Shown: positions 20,458 through 31,448, counted from the first letter of the stretch. The stretch is DNA of 64,000 bases from a virus (IMGVR_UViG_3300043447_000395:40090-104089), one strand, 5' to 3'. Numbers and translations are program-made. The notes: generated by a model not told the origin, from the sequence alone.

Positions 20458-21219
20458 TTATTTTTTTCTAATAATAGTAATTCCGGTTGATGATGGTTTG
20501 TTTTTAACTATACCGTGATTAAATAGATTAATCTTTTCCCAAACATTAGTGTCAATCTCTTGAACAAACTTTATTGGTCCTGTCCAATCGTCGTGATCGC
20601 CTCTATCCTTAACTTCTTGGGTTATAATGAAATTGTCAGCATAATTGGGGTCAGTGTCGTGTATTGAAACGATACCATTTGGTGATAATAGTTGTGTGTA
20701 CAATTCAAAATCTTCTTTAACACTTTCGTAACTATGTCCAGCATCAATATGTAGATAATCGATTTGTATTTCTTGTTTTACAAAGAAATTATAGAAAGCG
20801 TCTTCGGTTGTTGTGTTTAATATCCTCGGAGAGTAAACTCTTCTAAAAAATGATTCTTCGTTCATCCAATTAACCTGACCTCCAATTCCATTCGCAGCAT
20901 CGACTATGTATGTGGTACCAATATCACCCCAATTAATGTCACGAGTTCCCTCAAATATCTTTTGTGAATGTAAATCTAATCTTGCTTGTGTCATAATACG
21001 AGGTATAAATCCTCCACCACTACCTAAACATACACAAACCTTTGCTCTCATGTATTGAATAAGTGAATAAACAATTAAACCGTCACCTAAGTGTAGGTCA
21101 GTTGCACCGTGTGACCATCTATATGGTACGTTAACTAATTTTTCATCACCAACTTCATCAAATTCAACATTGTTGGTGATTTCACATCTTATAAATTCTT
21201 GATTAGTAATCATATTCAA
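20458..21219 (-). CDS. Class I SAM-dependent methyltransferase (Methyltransf_24-like)
   Basis: CLGSGGG, IDYLHIDAGHSYESVKEDF, GIVSIHDT. Confidence 0.8.
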   Translation of the reverse strand: MNMITNQEFIRCEITNNVEFDEVGDEKLVNVPYRWSHGATDLHLGDGLIVYSLIQYMRAKVCVCLGSGGGFIPRIMTQARLDLHSQKIFEGTRDINWGDIGTTYIVDAANGIGGQVNWMNEESFFRRVYSPRILNTTTEDAFYNFFVKQEIQIDYLHIDAGHSYESVKEDFELYTQLLSPNGIVSIHDTDPNYADNFIITQEVKDRGDHDDWTGPIKFVQEIDTNVWEKINLFNHGIVKNKPSSTGITIIRKK

Positions 21220-21911
21220 TTAGTGTTATCGATTTTATCTTTAATTAACGTATATAACTCATTGTCTCTCTGTATTTGTACACCACATATTCTTGCGGAT
21301 ATTTGAATTGATATTCCTTCGCCCGAACCGACAACAGTTTTTCTCCCACTAATCACATCACACGACTCCTTAATGACTTGTAACTTCTCGTACATTTGAT
21401 AGAAATTATCTTTTAACCCTTCTTTATTAAAAACTAAGAAGTACTCGTAAATCGTCTCTAAATCACCATATTGTGGGTATATTTTTTGTAAATATGTTTT
21501 ATAATTCAACCAATCAACATCATCAGGATTCATTTGAATATCTTTCACATACTCTTTTCTAATTTTATGCCCTAATAAGGTTTCAACATACGAAATTCCT
21601 TTTTGGTAAGGGTAATTATTTAATTGATTAACAAATGAATAATCAGATATTAAAGTATCCGCATCGATTATGATTGAGATATTGTGTTGTTTTAATATTT
21701 CCTTAACCAATATTATTTTATCATGATATGATTTAAGACGTCTATTGTAATCTATCAGTCTAATGTTAGTATTCGATGTGAATTGATTTGGTTCGTCAGT
21801 TAACACATAACACTTGATTCCCATATCATTTAAATGTGTTAATTTGTTTTTAGTTTTAGTAAAATAAGACTCATCCCCAAAACACATTATACCTATGGCA
21901 ATATTACTCAT
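21216..21911 (-). CDS. Hypothetical protein, possible GT-A glycosyltransferase
   Basis: VLTD, YHDK, IIIDADT (DxD), GEG. Confidence 0.45.
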   Translation of the reverse strand: MSNIAIGIMCFGDESYFTKTKNKLTHLNDMGIKCYVLTDEPNQFTSNTNIRLIDYNRRLKSYHDKIILVKEILKQHNISIIIDADTLISDYSFVNQLNNYPYQKGISYVETLLGHKIRKEYVKDIQMNPDDVDWLNYKTYLQKIYPQYGDLETIYEYFLVFNKEGLKDNFYQMYEKLQVIKESCDVISGRKTVVGSGEGISIQISARICGVQIQRDNELYTLIKDKIDNTN

Positions 21912-21947
21912 AGGTATAATATAGATAAAAATTAAGAAAAAAACAAA

Positions 21948-24482
21948 TTAAAATCCTTTAATCACAACGACTTTACCTGTTTGATTTGATGAGAAATAAA
22001 CATTGATATTGTTCGAATTGACAGAATTAATTCTTGAAGGTATCACAACATCTCTATTATTATCCCAAACTGTGACAACAGTAAAATCGGAATTTAAGTT
22101 GTGTGGAATGGACCACGTTGCTGAGTTAGTAAAACTCCCTGTATATCTTAAATCATATATGTTACTAACTGGAATTGAACCACTTATAATGTGTCCACCT
22201 GGTGCGATATTAATATTACCTGTTTGTGGTGATGAGAAGTACACCTCCATATTATTAGTGTCAACCGCCTTTATACCACTCGGAATAACTATTCTATCGG
22301 TGTTGTCATAAACATTAACTAACGGATATTTTGTCCCTAAATTGTGTGTTATTGACCAAGTTGCCATGTTAGTAACCGCATATGTTACTCCACCGGCACC
22401 ATCTCTACCTGATGTTCCTGAACTACCTGATGTACCACTTGAACCAGATGTTCCTGAAGTACCTGTACTACCCGAAGTTCCAGATGAACCACTTGAACCT
22501 GAACTTCCACTCGTTCCACTACTTCCTGAACTACCTGATGTACCACTTGAACCAGATGTTCCACTGGTTCCTGATGAACCACGAGTACCTGAACTTCCAC
22601 TTGTACCACTACTTCCTGACGTTCCACTTGACCCCGAACTACCACTAGTACCTGATGTTCCACTTGTCCCGCTTGAACCTGAACTACCGCTTGTTCCTGA
22701 AGTTCCGCTACTACCAGAACTACCTGATGTGCCAGCAGTCCCTGACGAACCTGAGCTACCACTAGTTCCTGAAGTACCACTTGAACCTGAACTACCACTT
22801 GTACCTGAGGTTCCACTAGAACCCGATGAACCACTTGAACCTGAAGTGCCTGAAGTTCCTGATGAACCACTAGAACCTGAGGTTCCACTAGTACCTGAAC
22901 TACCACTCGTACCACTTGTTCCAGCTGTTCCTGAAGAACCACTAGAACCCGATGTACCAGAAGTTCCTGAAGAACCAGCAGCCTTTACCCACGCAGTTCC
23001 TGTATATCTATAAATGTTAGTGTCTGTCGTATCGTAATAAATTGCTCCCGTTGCATTCATTGCCGGAGTACCTGTTGAAACAGGAATCGATAATGAACCC
23101 GTAATTCTCACAGAACCCGTGAAATTATGTTGGTCACCTGCATCGTTACCAAAGGCAGATGATCCACTTTGGAAACTTGTTGTCATAAATGTAACCGAGT
23201 TGGATACGATATATTGGTTTGCAGTTAGATTACCTCTAACTTGTAAATTACCACTGATAATACCACTACCTGTCACATTTAAATTACTTCCATCAAACGA
23301 CATGTTTGATTCAACAGTTGCATTTGGTGCAGACCCATTAAGAGTTATAATACCATTATCAAATGTACCTGTTAATGTTACTGTTCCGCTTGAACCTGAA
23401 CTACCTGATGTACCTGCAGTTCCTGAAGTACCGGCAGTTCCTGAAGAGCCCGAACTACCACTTGTTCCACTTGTTCCTGACGAACCTGAACTACCTGATG
23501 TTCCACTCGTGCCTGCACTTCCTGAGGAGCCAGAACTTCCCGACGTACCACTTGTACCTGACGAACCTGAAGTACCTGATGTTCCACTCGTGCCTGAAGA
23601 ACCACTTGATCCTGATGTTCCTGATGATCCGCTCAATCCTGAAGAACCTGATGTACCAGCACTTCCCGAGGAACCGGAACTTCCTGATGTACCACTTGTA
23701 CCTGAGGAACCAGAACTTCCGCTAGTCCCTGAAGTACCCGATGAACCACTTGTACCTGAAGTACCGGATGTTCCCGAAGATCCTGAACTACCACTTGTTC
23801 CTGAAGACCCACTTGAGCCTGATGTTCCGCTCGTACCTGATGTACCCGAACTTCCGCTCGAACCTGAAGTTCCACTCGTTCCACTACTACCTGATGAACC
23901 CGAACTACCACTTGTACCAGCACTTCCTGATGAACCAGAACTACCACTTGTACCAGCACTTCCTGATGAACCGCTAGTACCTGAACTACCACTAGAACCT
24001 GATGAACCAGACGTTCCTGAAGAGCCCGAACTACCACTTGTACCTGATGAACCACGAGTACCTGAACTACCACTTGTACCAGCACTTCCTGATGAACCCG
24101 AGGTTCCGCTAGTACCTGATGTACCCGCAGCCTTTACCCACGCAGTTCCTGTATATCTATAAATGTTTGTATCTGTTGTATCGTAATAAATTGAACCCGT
24201 TGCCTTTAAAATCGGGGAACCGTTTGATGTGGGAATTGTAAGTGCTCCCGTTATAAAAACTGAACCAGTAAACAAATGTGTATCGTCAATTGTATCACCA
24301 AAAACTGTATTACCTGAAGAAAATGATTGAGTAAAATGAGTTACCGATGATGATATTATTAACTGTTGTGCGGTGATGTTACCACCAACAACTAAATCTT
24401 GTGATAAAGATAATGATCCTGTTATTGATGCACCTCCGTCATTAACTAACAGTCCGTTTTTTACTATAAATTGATTCGCCAT
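21948..24482 (-). CDS. Collagen-like (Gly-Ser/Thr-Ser) fibre protein
   Basis: Two long G-x-y tracts, duplicated FG...H.FTGS modules, C-terminal W.I.HNL repeats. Likely start is ATG 24482 (MANQFIVKNGL), matching the paralog's MANELVVKNGL. Confidence 0.75.
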   Translation of the reverse strand: MANQFIVKNGLLVNDGGASITGSLSLSQDLVVGGNITAQQLIISSSVTHFTQSFSSGNTVFGDTIDDTHLFTGSVFITGALTIPTSNGSPILKATGSIYYDTTDTNIYRYTGTAWVKAAGTSGTSGTSGSSGSAGTSGSSGTRGSSGTSGSSGSSGTSGSSGSSGSSGTSGSSGSAGTSGSSGSSGSAGTSGSSGSSGSSGTSGTSGSSGSSGTSGTSGTSGSSGSSGTSGSSGSSGTSGTSGTSGSSGTSGTSGSSGSSGTSGTSGSSGSSGSAGTSGSSGLSGSSGTSGSSGSSGTSGTSGTSGSSGTSGTSGSSGSSGSAGTSGTSGSSGSSGTSGTSGSSGSSGTAGTSGTAGTSGSSGSSGTVTLTGTFDNGIITLNGSAPNATVESNMSFDGSNLNVTGSGIISGNLQVRGNLTANQYIVSNSVTFMTTSFQSGSSAFGNDAGDQHNFTGSVRITGSLSIPVSTGTPAMNATGAIYYDTTDTNIYRYTGTAWVKAAGSSGTSGTSGSSGSSGTAGTSGTSGSSGTSGTSGSSGSSGTSGTSGSSGSSGSSGTSGTSGSSGSSGTSGTSGSSGSSGTAGTSGSSGSSGTSGTSGSSGSSGTSGTSGTSGSSGSSGTSGSSGTSGSSGTRGSSGTSGTSGSSGTSGSSGSSGTSGSSGSSGSSGTSGSTGTSGTSGSSGTSGSSGTSGRDGAGGVTYAVTNMATWSITHNLGTKYPLVNVYDNTDRIVIPSGIKAVDTNNMEVYFSSPQTGNINIAPGGHIISGSIPVSNIYDLRYTGSFTNSATWSIPHNLNSDFTVVTVWDNNRDVVIPSRINSVNSNNINVYFSSNQTGKVVVIKGF

Positions 24483-24488
24483 ATGTTT

Positions 24489-24510
24489 ACTGTTTTCACT
24501 GTCCAACAGT
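24489..24510 (-). promoter_or_regulatory. 5'-leader hairpin ACTGTT-GGACAGTGAA-AACAGT
   Basis: 6-bp perfect stem with 10-nt loop, between the TATTTATA box and ATG 24482. Confidence 0.4.
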
Positions 24511-24514
24511 CTTA

Positions 24515-24522
24515 TATAAATA
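24515..24522 (-). promoter_or_regulatory. Putative late promoter TATTTATA
   Basis: Same octamer recurs upstream of structural genes. Confidence 0.55.
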
Positions 24523-24546
24523 CTTTATTATTTCGTTTAAGTAAAT

Positions 24547-24579
24547 AAAAAAAGGAGACTTTTTATGGTCTCCTTTTTT
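24547..24579. terminator. Intrinsic terminator (bidirectional shape)
   Basis: AAAAAAAGGAGAC-loop-GTCTCCTTTTTT directly after the 24599 gene stop. Confidence 0.8.
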
Positions 24580-24598
24580 AACATGTATCATTATTTTT

Positions 24599-27500
24599 TT
24601 ATAATAATGTTGTAGATGTTTTAAATACCCATCCACCGTTTGATGTGAAGTTCAAATCAACAGTTCCACTACCTAATGTTACAGTGAAATATGCTCCATC
24701 TGTACTTCCAATATCAACCGTTGAAGTTTCATTGTATACTACACTTGAACCATTCCATACTGATGAAATTTGTCCTGAACGTGCATTTGAACCTTTAGAA
24801 ATTGTGTAGTTGTAGAATGCTGCGGTGAATGAACCTGTCTCATCTGATGATACTACATTTGTACCATTAGTCGATGTAGTTGATTTATTAACAAAAGTTG
24901 TTAAAGTTTCTCCTGACACTGTTAATGAACCATTAACTTGAGCATTTGAATCAATTGTTACTAATGTTCCATCATCACTGATATTTGTGTCACCAATTTC
25001 GGTTGCCGATGTGAATTTAACAAGTGCATTTATAGTACCTGAAACCGAAACCGATGTACCTGAAGTACCACTAGTTCCTGATGTTCCTGAAGTACCTGAT
25101 GTACCAGATGTTCCTGATGAACCACTTGTTCCACTTGTACCTGAAGTTCCTGAACTACCAGAAGTTCCTGAAGTACCACTTGTACCAGATGTCCCACTTG
25201 AACCGTCAGAACCGCTAGAACCTGAAGTTCCACTAGTTCCCGCAGTTCCACTTGTTCCACTAGAACCTGAAGTTCCTGAAGTTCCTGAAGTACCGGATGT
25301 TCCTGAAGTACCGCTAGACCCATCAGAACCAGATGTTCCACTTGTACCCGATGTACCGCTAGAACCTGAAGTACCACTTGTACCAGATGTTCCACTTGTA
25401 CCCGATGTACCGCTAGAACCTGAAGTACCACTTGTACCAGATGTTCCTGATGAACCATTACCACCGACAGTTGCAATTACTGTACCTGATGTTTCTTGAC
25501 TAAAATATACTTCTAAATTATTACTGTCTATTACGTGAATACCTGTTGGGATTACAACATTATCAAATGAGTCGAATACGTTAATAGCAGGATATTTGTA
25601 TCCTAAATTATGAACGAATGACCAAGTTGTAGATGGTGAAGATATTACATGTGTTTTAGTTTGACCTGAAACAATTACTGCGTTTTCAGCAAACGCCGCA
25701 GTTACAGCATATGATGAAGTACCTGCAAATTGTGACGATACTGAACTTGTGTAAGTATTGAAATCAGTAATATCTAATTTTCCTGTACCAACCGCAAAAC
25801 CATTTAATGATAATGAACCTGTTATGTTAACAGAACCTGTAAATTGGTGAGTATCATCTAATGTATCACCAAATTTAGTTGAACCTGATTCATAAAGTAC
25901 CGATGAAGTTACTAATTGGGTGTGTATTTCTTTAGCGGTTAATGTACCTGTAATTACAACATCACTATTAACATTAACAACAGTTCCGTCATCAGTAATA
26001 CTTGAATCTACTAATGTTGGGTCACCAACACCAGTTTGGAATTTACCAATTGTGTTATTTGTACCTGTTACTGTTACTGATGTTCCCGAAGTACCCGACG
26101 TTCCACTTGTACCAGAAGTACCTGAGGTACCGCTTGTACCGCTAGAACCTGATGTTCCACTTGTTCCAGAAGAACCACTTGTACCCGAAGTACCACTAGT
26201 TCCTGACGAACCATCACTACCTGATGAACCTGAGGTTCCACTTGTACCAGAAGTACCCGCAGTTCCTGATGTTCCACTTGTACCACTTGTTCCCGATGAA
26301 CCATCACTACCTGAACTTCCCGAAGTACCTGATGTACCACTAGTACCTGAAGTACCGCTAGAACCTGACGTTCCTGAAGTACCACTAGAACCATCAGAAC
26401 CCGATGTACCAGATGTTCCCGAACTTCCTGAAGTACCTGATGTACCACTAGAACCTGAAGTACCGGATGTTCCTGATGTACCACTAGTACCACTTGTTCC
26501 TGAACTACCAGATGTACCACTTGTACCTGAACTACCATCAGAACCACTAGAACCTGATGTACCTGAAGTGCCAGATGTTCCACTTGTACCGCTAGTTCCT
26601 GATGTTCCTGAAGAACCTGAAGTTCCACTAGTACCCGATGTAGCTGCGGTATATGATGTACCGTTTATGTATAAATCACCTGAACTAATATATAAAGAAC
26701 CTGTTACGTTTGTATCTGCTACAATTGAAACTACACTTCCGTCATCTGAAATATTTGAATCTCCGATATGGTCATCACCAACGGCAACCATGATTTTACC
26801 TGGTGTGATATGAACTTCGTCACCTAATGAACCTGAGTTTTTAGGACCTGAAATTAAGATTGCAGACATTCCGGCCTCCGGTCCAACATTAGGATGTTGG
26901 TAAATCCAGTTATTGTTTTGAGAATCCCAAAGTAACGAACCACTTATTCCTGCCGCAGAACCACTATCTTGAACTGATACTCCACCAAATCTAACACCAG
27001 GAGTTGCAGTGTTTAATGTAATTGTATTATCACCAATATCAAGTGCACTACCTGTAACATTTACTAATGAAGATGAACCTTGTACTACTAAGTCACCACT
27101 AACATACATTGAACCTGTAACTCTAACAAATGAACCTGATAAATCAATATGGTTATCTGTTATTGTTAAATTTGCAGATGCAGTTGCCGCGTTTGACGAA
27201 CCATCAGATAATATTACATAACCAGCTCCTGGATTTGATAAATTAATTACTCCTGAAGAACCTGATGTTCCTGAAGTACCAGATGTTCCACTAGTACCTG
27301 AAGTTCCTGATGAACCATCACTACCTGAAGAGCCGCTAGTTCCTGATGTTCCTGAACTACCTGAAGAACCGCTAGTTCCTGAAGTTCCTGAAGTACCAGA
27401 TGTTCCTGATGAACCATCACTACCTGATGAACCAGAGGTTCCACTTGTTCCACTAGTACCTGAAGTTCCTGATGAACCATCAGAACCGCTAGTCCCTGAA

Positions 27501-29617
27501 GAACCCGATGTTCCACTAGTACCTGATGTTCCCGAAGAACCTGATGTTCCACTTGTTCCACTTGAACCGGATGTTCCACTTGTTCCTGATGAACCGTCAC
27601 TACCTGAAGAACCAGATGTTCCACTTGTTCCTGAAGTTCCTGAAGTACCAGATGAACCATCAGAACCACTAGAACCTGAAGTACCTGAACTACCAGATGT
27701 TCCTGAAGTACCGCTAGAACCTGACGTTCCTGAAGTACCGCTAGACCCATCAGAACCACTAGAACCTGATGTGCCAGAAGTTCCCGATGTTCCACTTGTA
27801 CCTGAAGTTCCACTTGAACCGTCAGAACCACTAGTTCCTGATGTTCCTGAACTACCAGATGTACCACTTGTACCAGAAGTACCTGAGGTACCACTTGTTC
27901 CTGATGTACCACTAGTTCCTGATGAACCATCACTACCACTAGAACCTGACGTTCCACTCGTTCCACTTGTTCCCGATGTACCACTTGTTCCAGATGTACC
28001 GCTAGAACCTGATGTTCCTGATGAACCACTTGTTCCGCTTGTACCACTAGTACCTGACGTAGCCGCCGTATATGATGTACCGTTTATGTATAAATCACCA
28101 CCTGTTACGTATAATGAACCCGTTGTTGCTAATGAACCTGATATGAATACACTACCTGTAAAATTATGATTATCATCTTGTGTATCACCAAATTTAGTAG
28201 AACCTGATGTGTATAAAATTGATGAACTTACATATGTGATATTTAATTCTTTAGCGGTTAAAATTCCATCAACAATTACGTCACCGTTTACCGATAATTT
28301 ACCATCGTATATTGAAGCACTAACAGAACCACTTACTATTTTATTTAATTCTAATCCTGTTACTCCTGAAGCTGGAATGTTATACAAACCTGCACCGTCT
28401 CCAATGAATGAACCACTAACAGTTCCATCATTGATTATTAAATCACCTGTAATTGTTGTATCACTATTAATAGAAACTAATGAACCATCATCTGAAATAT
28501 TTGAGTCTATTAATGTTGGGTCACCGACACCTGTTTCAAATTTACCTATTGTATTGTTTGTACCTGTTACTGTTACCGAAGTACCTGAAGAACCACTTGT
28601 TCCTGATGTACCTGAAGTTCCACTAGTACCGCTTGTACCAGATGTTCCTGAAGTACCGCTAGACCCATCAGAACCACTAGAACCTGATGTACCACTTGTA
28701 CCTGAAGTTCCTGAAGTACCGGATGTTCCAGAAGAGCCATCGCTACCTGAAGAACCTGATGTACCGCTAGTTCCACTAGTACCGCTTGTGCCAGATGTTC
28801 CTGAGGTACCACTAGACCCGTCAGAACCGCTAGAACCAGAAGTTCCGCTAGTTCCTGATGTACCACTAGTTCCTGATGAACCATCACTACCTGAAGAACC
28901 TGATGTGCCGCTAGTTCCTGAAGTACCCGAAGATCCATCACTACCTGAAGAACCCGATGTTCCACTAGAACCTGAAGTGCCAGATGTTCCTGACGTTCCA
29001 CTAGTGCCACTTGTTCCTGAACTACCAGATGTACCGCTAGTTCCAGAAGAACCATCACTACCTGAAGAACCTGATGTACCACTAGAACCTGAAGTACCAC
29101 TTGTACCTGATGAACCATCGGAACCACTAGAACCTGAAGTACCAGATGTTCCTGATGTACCTGAAGATCCGTCAGAACCGCTAGAACCTGAAGTACCTGA
29201 TGTTCCACTTGTACCACTAGTTCCTGATGAACCATCAGAACCACTAGAACCTGAAGTACCAGATGTTCCTGATGTACCTGAAGTACCAGCTGCGGCTAAC
29301 CATATATTACCATTGTAACGATATATATTAGTATCACTCGTGTTATAGTAGATACTACCGATAACAGGATTTAATGGTTCTGATGTTGGAATCTGTAATG
29401 CACCTGTTATATAAACAGATCCCGTAAATTTATGATAATCATCAAGAGAGTTACCAAAATCGTGAGATCCCGATGCATAAGATTCGGTTACATGTAAAAC
29501 CGAAGAACTTACAATGATTTCCTGTGCCGTTAATGTACCTTGTACGGTTAAATTATCTATAACCGTCGCGGAACCTGAGACAATCAGACCATTTTTTACT
29601 ACTAATTCGTTAGCCAT
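24599..29617 (-). CDS. Large collagen-like (Gly-Ser/Thr-Ser/Asp) fibre protein, 1672 aa
   Basis: Four long G-x-y tracts separated by repeated beta modules (SGSTKFGD..DD.H.FTGS; GTNNTIGKF.TGVGDPTL), plus an HNL module and a C-terminal domain shared with 29707-31383. Confidence 0.75.
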   Translation of the reverse strand: MANELVVKNGLIVSGSATVIDNLTVQGTLTAQEIIVSSSVLHVTESYASGSHDFGNSLDDYHKFTGSVYITGALQIPTSEPLNPVIGSIYYNTSDTNIYRYNGNIWLAAAGTSGTSGTSGTSGSSGSDGSSGTSGTSGTSGTSGSSGSDGSSGTSGTSGTSGSSGSDGSSGTSGTSGSSGTSGSSGSDGSSGTSGTSGSSGTSGTSGTSGTSGTSGSSGTSGSSGSDGSSGTSGTSGTSGSSGSDGSSGTSGTSGTSGTSGSSGSDGSSGTSGTSGTSGTSGTSGTSGSSGSDGSSGTSGTSGTSGTSGTSGSSGSDGSSGTSGTSGTSGTSGTSGTSGTSGSSGTSVTVTGTNNTIGKFETGVGDPTLIDSNISDDGSLVSINSDTTITGDLIINDGTVSGSFIGDGAGLYNIPASGVTGLELNKIVSGSVSASIYDGKLSVNGDVIVDGILTAKELNITYVSSSILYTSGSTKFGDTQDDNHNFTGSVFISGSLATTGSLYVTGGDLYINGTSYTAATSGTSGTSGTSGSSGTSGSSGTSGTSGTSGTSGTSGTSGSSGSDGSSGTSGTSGTSGTSGTSGTSGTSGSSGTSGTSGSDGSSGTSGTSGTSGTSGTSGSSGSDGSSGTSGTSGSSGTSGTSGSSGTSGSSGSDGSSGTSGTSGTSGTSGSSGSDGSSGTSGTSGSSGTSGTSGSSGTSGTSGTSGSSGTSGSDGSSGTSGTSGTSGTSGSSGSDGSSGTSGTSGTSGTSGSSGSSGTSGTSGSSGSDGSSGTSGTSGTSGTSGTSGSSGVINLSNPGAGYVILSDGSSNAATASANLTITDNHIDLSGSFVRVTGSMYVSGDLVVQGSSSLVNVTGSALDIGDNTITLNTATPGVRFGGVSVQDSGSAAGISGSLLWDSQNNNWIYQHPNVGPEAGMSAILISGPKNSGSLGDEVHITPGKIMVAVGDDHIGDSNISDDGSVVSIVADTNVTGSLYISSGDLYINGTSYTAATSGTSGTSGSSGTSGTSGTSGTSGTSGTSGSSGSDGSSGTSGTSGSSGTSGTSGTSGTSGTSGSSGTSGTSGSSGTSGTSGSDGSSGTSGTSGSSGTSGTSGTSGTSGSSGSDGSSGTSGTSGTSGTAGTSGTSGTSGSSGSDGSSGTSGTSGTSGSSGTSGTSGSSGTSGTSGTSGTSGTSGTSGTSVTVTGTNNTIGKFQTGVGDPTLVDSSITDDGTVVNVNSDVVITGTLTAKEIHTQLVTSSVLYESGSTKFGDTLDDTHQFTGSVNITGSLSLNGFAVGTGKLDITDFNTYTSSVSSQFAGTSSYAVTAAFAENAVIVSGQTKTHVISSPSTTWSFVHNLGYKYPAINVFDSFDNVVIPTGIHVIDSNNLEVYFSQETSGTVIATVGGNGSSGTSGTSGTSGSSGTSGTSGTSGTSGTSGSSGTSGTSGTSGSDGSSGTSGTSGTSGTSGTSGSSGTSGTAGTSGTSGSSGSDGSSGTSGTSGTSGTSGSSGTSGTSGTSGSSGTSGTSGTSGTSGTSGTSGTSVSVSGTINALVKFTSATEIGDTNISDDGTLVTIDSNAQVNGSLTVSGETLTTFVNKSTTSTNGTNVVSSDETGSFTAAFYNYTISKGSNARSGQISSVWNGSSVVYNETSTVDIGSTDGAYFTVTLGSGTVDLNFTSNGGWVFKTSTTLL
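25329..25436. repeat. Exact 54-bp tandem duplication in a collagen-like tract
   Basis: ccagatgttccacttgtacccgatgtaccgctagaacctgaagtaccacttgta x2. Confidence 0.85.
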
Positions 29618-29651
29618 TTTTTATATTTAATTTTTTTTAAGTTAGTCACAC

Positions 29652-29659
29652 TATAAATA
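29652..29659 (-). promoter_or_regulatory. Putative late promoter TATTTATA
   Basis: Recurrent octamer, ~35 nt upstream of ATG 29617. Confidence 0.55.
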
Positions 29660-29706
29660 TTTTATAACTTTAGATTAACCACTTATTTTTTATATTTATT
29701 TTTTAA

Positions 29707-31383
29707 TTATACAATAGAACCTAAAGTTTTATAGTTTAAATGAATTGTCCACGTACCTGAAGTAACGTTTGCACTTAAAACTCCGTTATTTGATAATGAA
29801 AATGTAACATCAGAAGTGTTTCCCAAATCTGTTGTGTTAAATTCATTATATGAACTATCAACCCCATTCCATACAGCAGAAATGTTACCAGCTCTCACGT
29901 TAAGACCACTTATCACTTGGTAATCAAAAGTTGCCGAATTATAATCACCTAAATCTATTAATGTTGAATTTGAACTAATTGTTTTTGAAGTGATTCCTTG
30001 TAAAGATTGAACATTTGAACCTGTATTAACTAATGTTAAATGGTCTTCTAATGTTAATAAACCTGTAATTGTTGTATTTGTATTTCCTGTTGATGTGTCG
30101 GTATTAAAAACTTGAGTACCGATTACAACTTGATTATATTCATTGACACTTACAACTTTAACTCCTCCAACATAGATTGAACCTGTTGAAATATAAACGT
30201 CTCTCCATTGATAATCGAGAGAACCTAAATCATACGTATTGGTTATTGCAGGAATAATATCTGAACCGACATTAGTATAATTTACTGAACCGCTAACGAA
30301 GTGTCCACCTTTCGATACATTTGCATAACCAGCAACTGGTTGTTGGAACACAACATTTATTGCATTTGTATCCACCATACTAATCGCTTCAGGTATTACA
30401 ACATTACCTGTGTCATCCCAAATTGTTACTTGAGGATAACTTGTTTCTAAATTGTGTACGACAGACCAAGTTTCAGCTGCACTATAATATTGAACTAGAC
30501 CACCTGTACCGTCTGTACCTGAAGTTCCACTTGTCCCGCTGGAACCCGACGTTCCACTTGAACCATCGCTACCTGAGGAACCCGATGTACCCGAAGTTCC
30601 GCTAGTACCTGATGTACCATCACTACCACTTGTACCACTAGTACCTGATGTACCACTTGAACCGTTACCTCCGACAGTTGCACTAACAACACCCGTTTCG
30701 TTCCAATTAAATGAAACAACTAAATTGTTCTCATCAATTACTTGAACATCTCTTGGTATTATCACATAACCATCACTGTTATAAACAGTAATTGCAGGAT
30801 ATCGTGAATTTAAATTGTGTTGAAAATTCCACGTATTTGATGGTGTTGTAACTTCTAACTTCTTTGTTGCACCATCTACAACTATTGGGTCAAATGTAAC
30901 CCATGATACATTTGTACCGTCTGATGATAATAATTGATTTGAAGTTCCGTAAGAACCTAATGAATCAATTAATCCTCCGTGTAATGTAATATCACTATCA
31001 ACATATACTGAACCTGTAATCGATACATTTGTATTAACTTGAAATCCATCAGCTGAAATTGACGCTGTAAATGGACCGTCACTAATTTGGTTAAGTTGTA
31101 AACCTGTTACACCACTTGCCGGAACATTATATAATCCCGCACCATCACCAATAAATGAACCTGTAAAAAATGAAGCACTTACATCTCCACTAATATAAAT
31201 TGAACCTGTGTTACTTGTATTTGTAACAATTAATTCTTGAACTGAGGGTCCTCCTGAACCAGATACGGCCATAAAGACCTTACCATCTGTTGTATTTAAC
31301 GCTAATTCACCAAGTTGTAGGTTGGAGTTAGTCGGTTTTTGTCCCGATACACTACTCCTACGCAGTTTTACTATTTGTGCCAT
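29707..31383 (-). CDS. Tail fibre-like protein with a short collagen-like tract
   Basis: N-terminal KLRRS...LGELALNTTDGK (fibre N-terminal domain), HNL modules, YDLGS...WRDVY. Confidence 0.7.
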   Translation of the reverse strand: MAQIVKLRRSSVSGQKPTNSNLQLGELALNTTDGKVFMAVSGSGGPSVQELIVTNTSNTGSIYISGDVSASFFTGSFIGDGAGLYNVPASGVTGLQLNQISDGPFTASISADGFQVNTNVSITGSVYVDSDITLHGGLIDSLGSYGTSNQLLSSDGTNVSWVTFDPIVVDGATKKLEVTTPSNTWNFQHNLNSRYPAITVYNSDGYVIIPRDVQVIDENNLVVSFNWNETGVVSATVGGNGSSGTSGTSGTSGSDGTSGTSGTSGTSGSSGSDGSSGTSGSSGTSGTSGTDGTGGLVQYYSAAETWSVVHNLETSYPQVTIWDDTGNVVIPEAISMVDTNAINVVFQQPVAGYANVSKGGHFVSGSVNYTNVGSDIIPAITNTYDLGSLDYQWRDVYISTGSIYVGGVKVVSVNEYNQVVIGTQVFNTDTSTGNTNTTITGLLTLEDHLTLVNTGSNVQSLQGITSKTISSNSTLIDLGDYNSATFDYQVISGLNVRAGNISAVWNGVDSSYNEFNTTDLGNTSDVTFSLSNNGVLSANVTSGTWTIHLNYKTLGSIV

Positions 31384-31443
31384 ATATATGGGGTCCCTCT
31401 ATTTCAGTGTGATATGTATCACGAATTAATAACCTATATAGGT
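31380..31443 (-). promoter_or_regulatory. Three palindromic TA(T/C)ATA-cored elements in the 5' leader
   Basis: ACC-TATATA-GGT (31432-31443), GTGA-TACATA-TCAC (31409-31422), CCA-TATATA-TGG (31380-31391, includes the ATG). Confidence 0.55.
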
Positions 31444-31448
31444 CATTC

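Noticed and set aside
22978-24167. 41-bp direct repeat as a DGR template/variable pair or att site
   Set aside because: No adenine-specific mismatch pattern and no reverse transcriptase or integrase in the window; it is explained by intragenic domain duplication
22390-29290. Repetitive DNA resembling a CRISPR array or satellite
   Set aside because: 9-nt coding periodicity with synonymous variation, no constant repeat with unique spacers, and no cas genes
22342-29318. Long + strand ORFs of PEVPLVPD repeats and alternate-frame VVLQVHQE ORFs
   Set aside because: Antisense or frame shadows of the Gly-Ser-Thr codon repeats, which lack stops in those frames; no independent start signals
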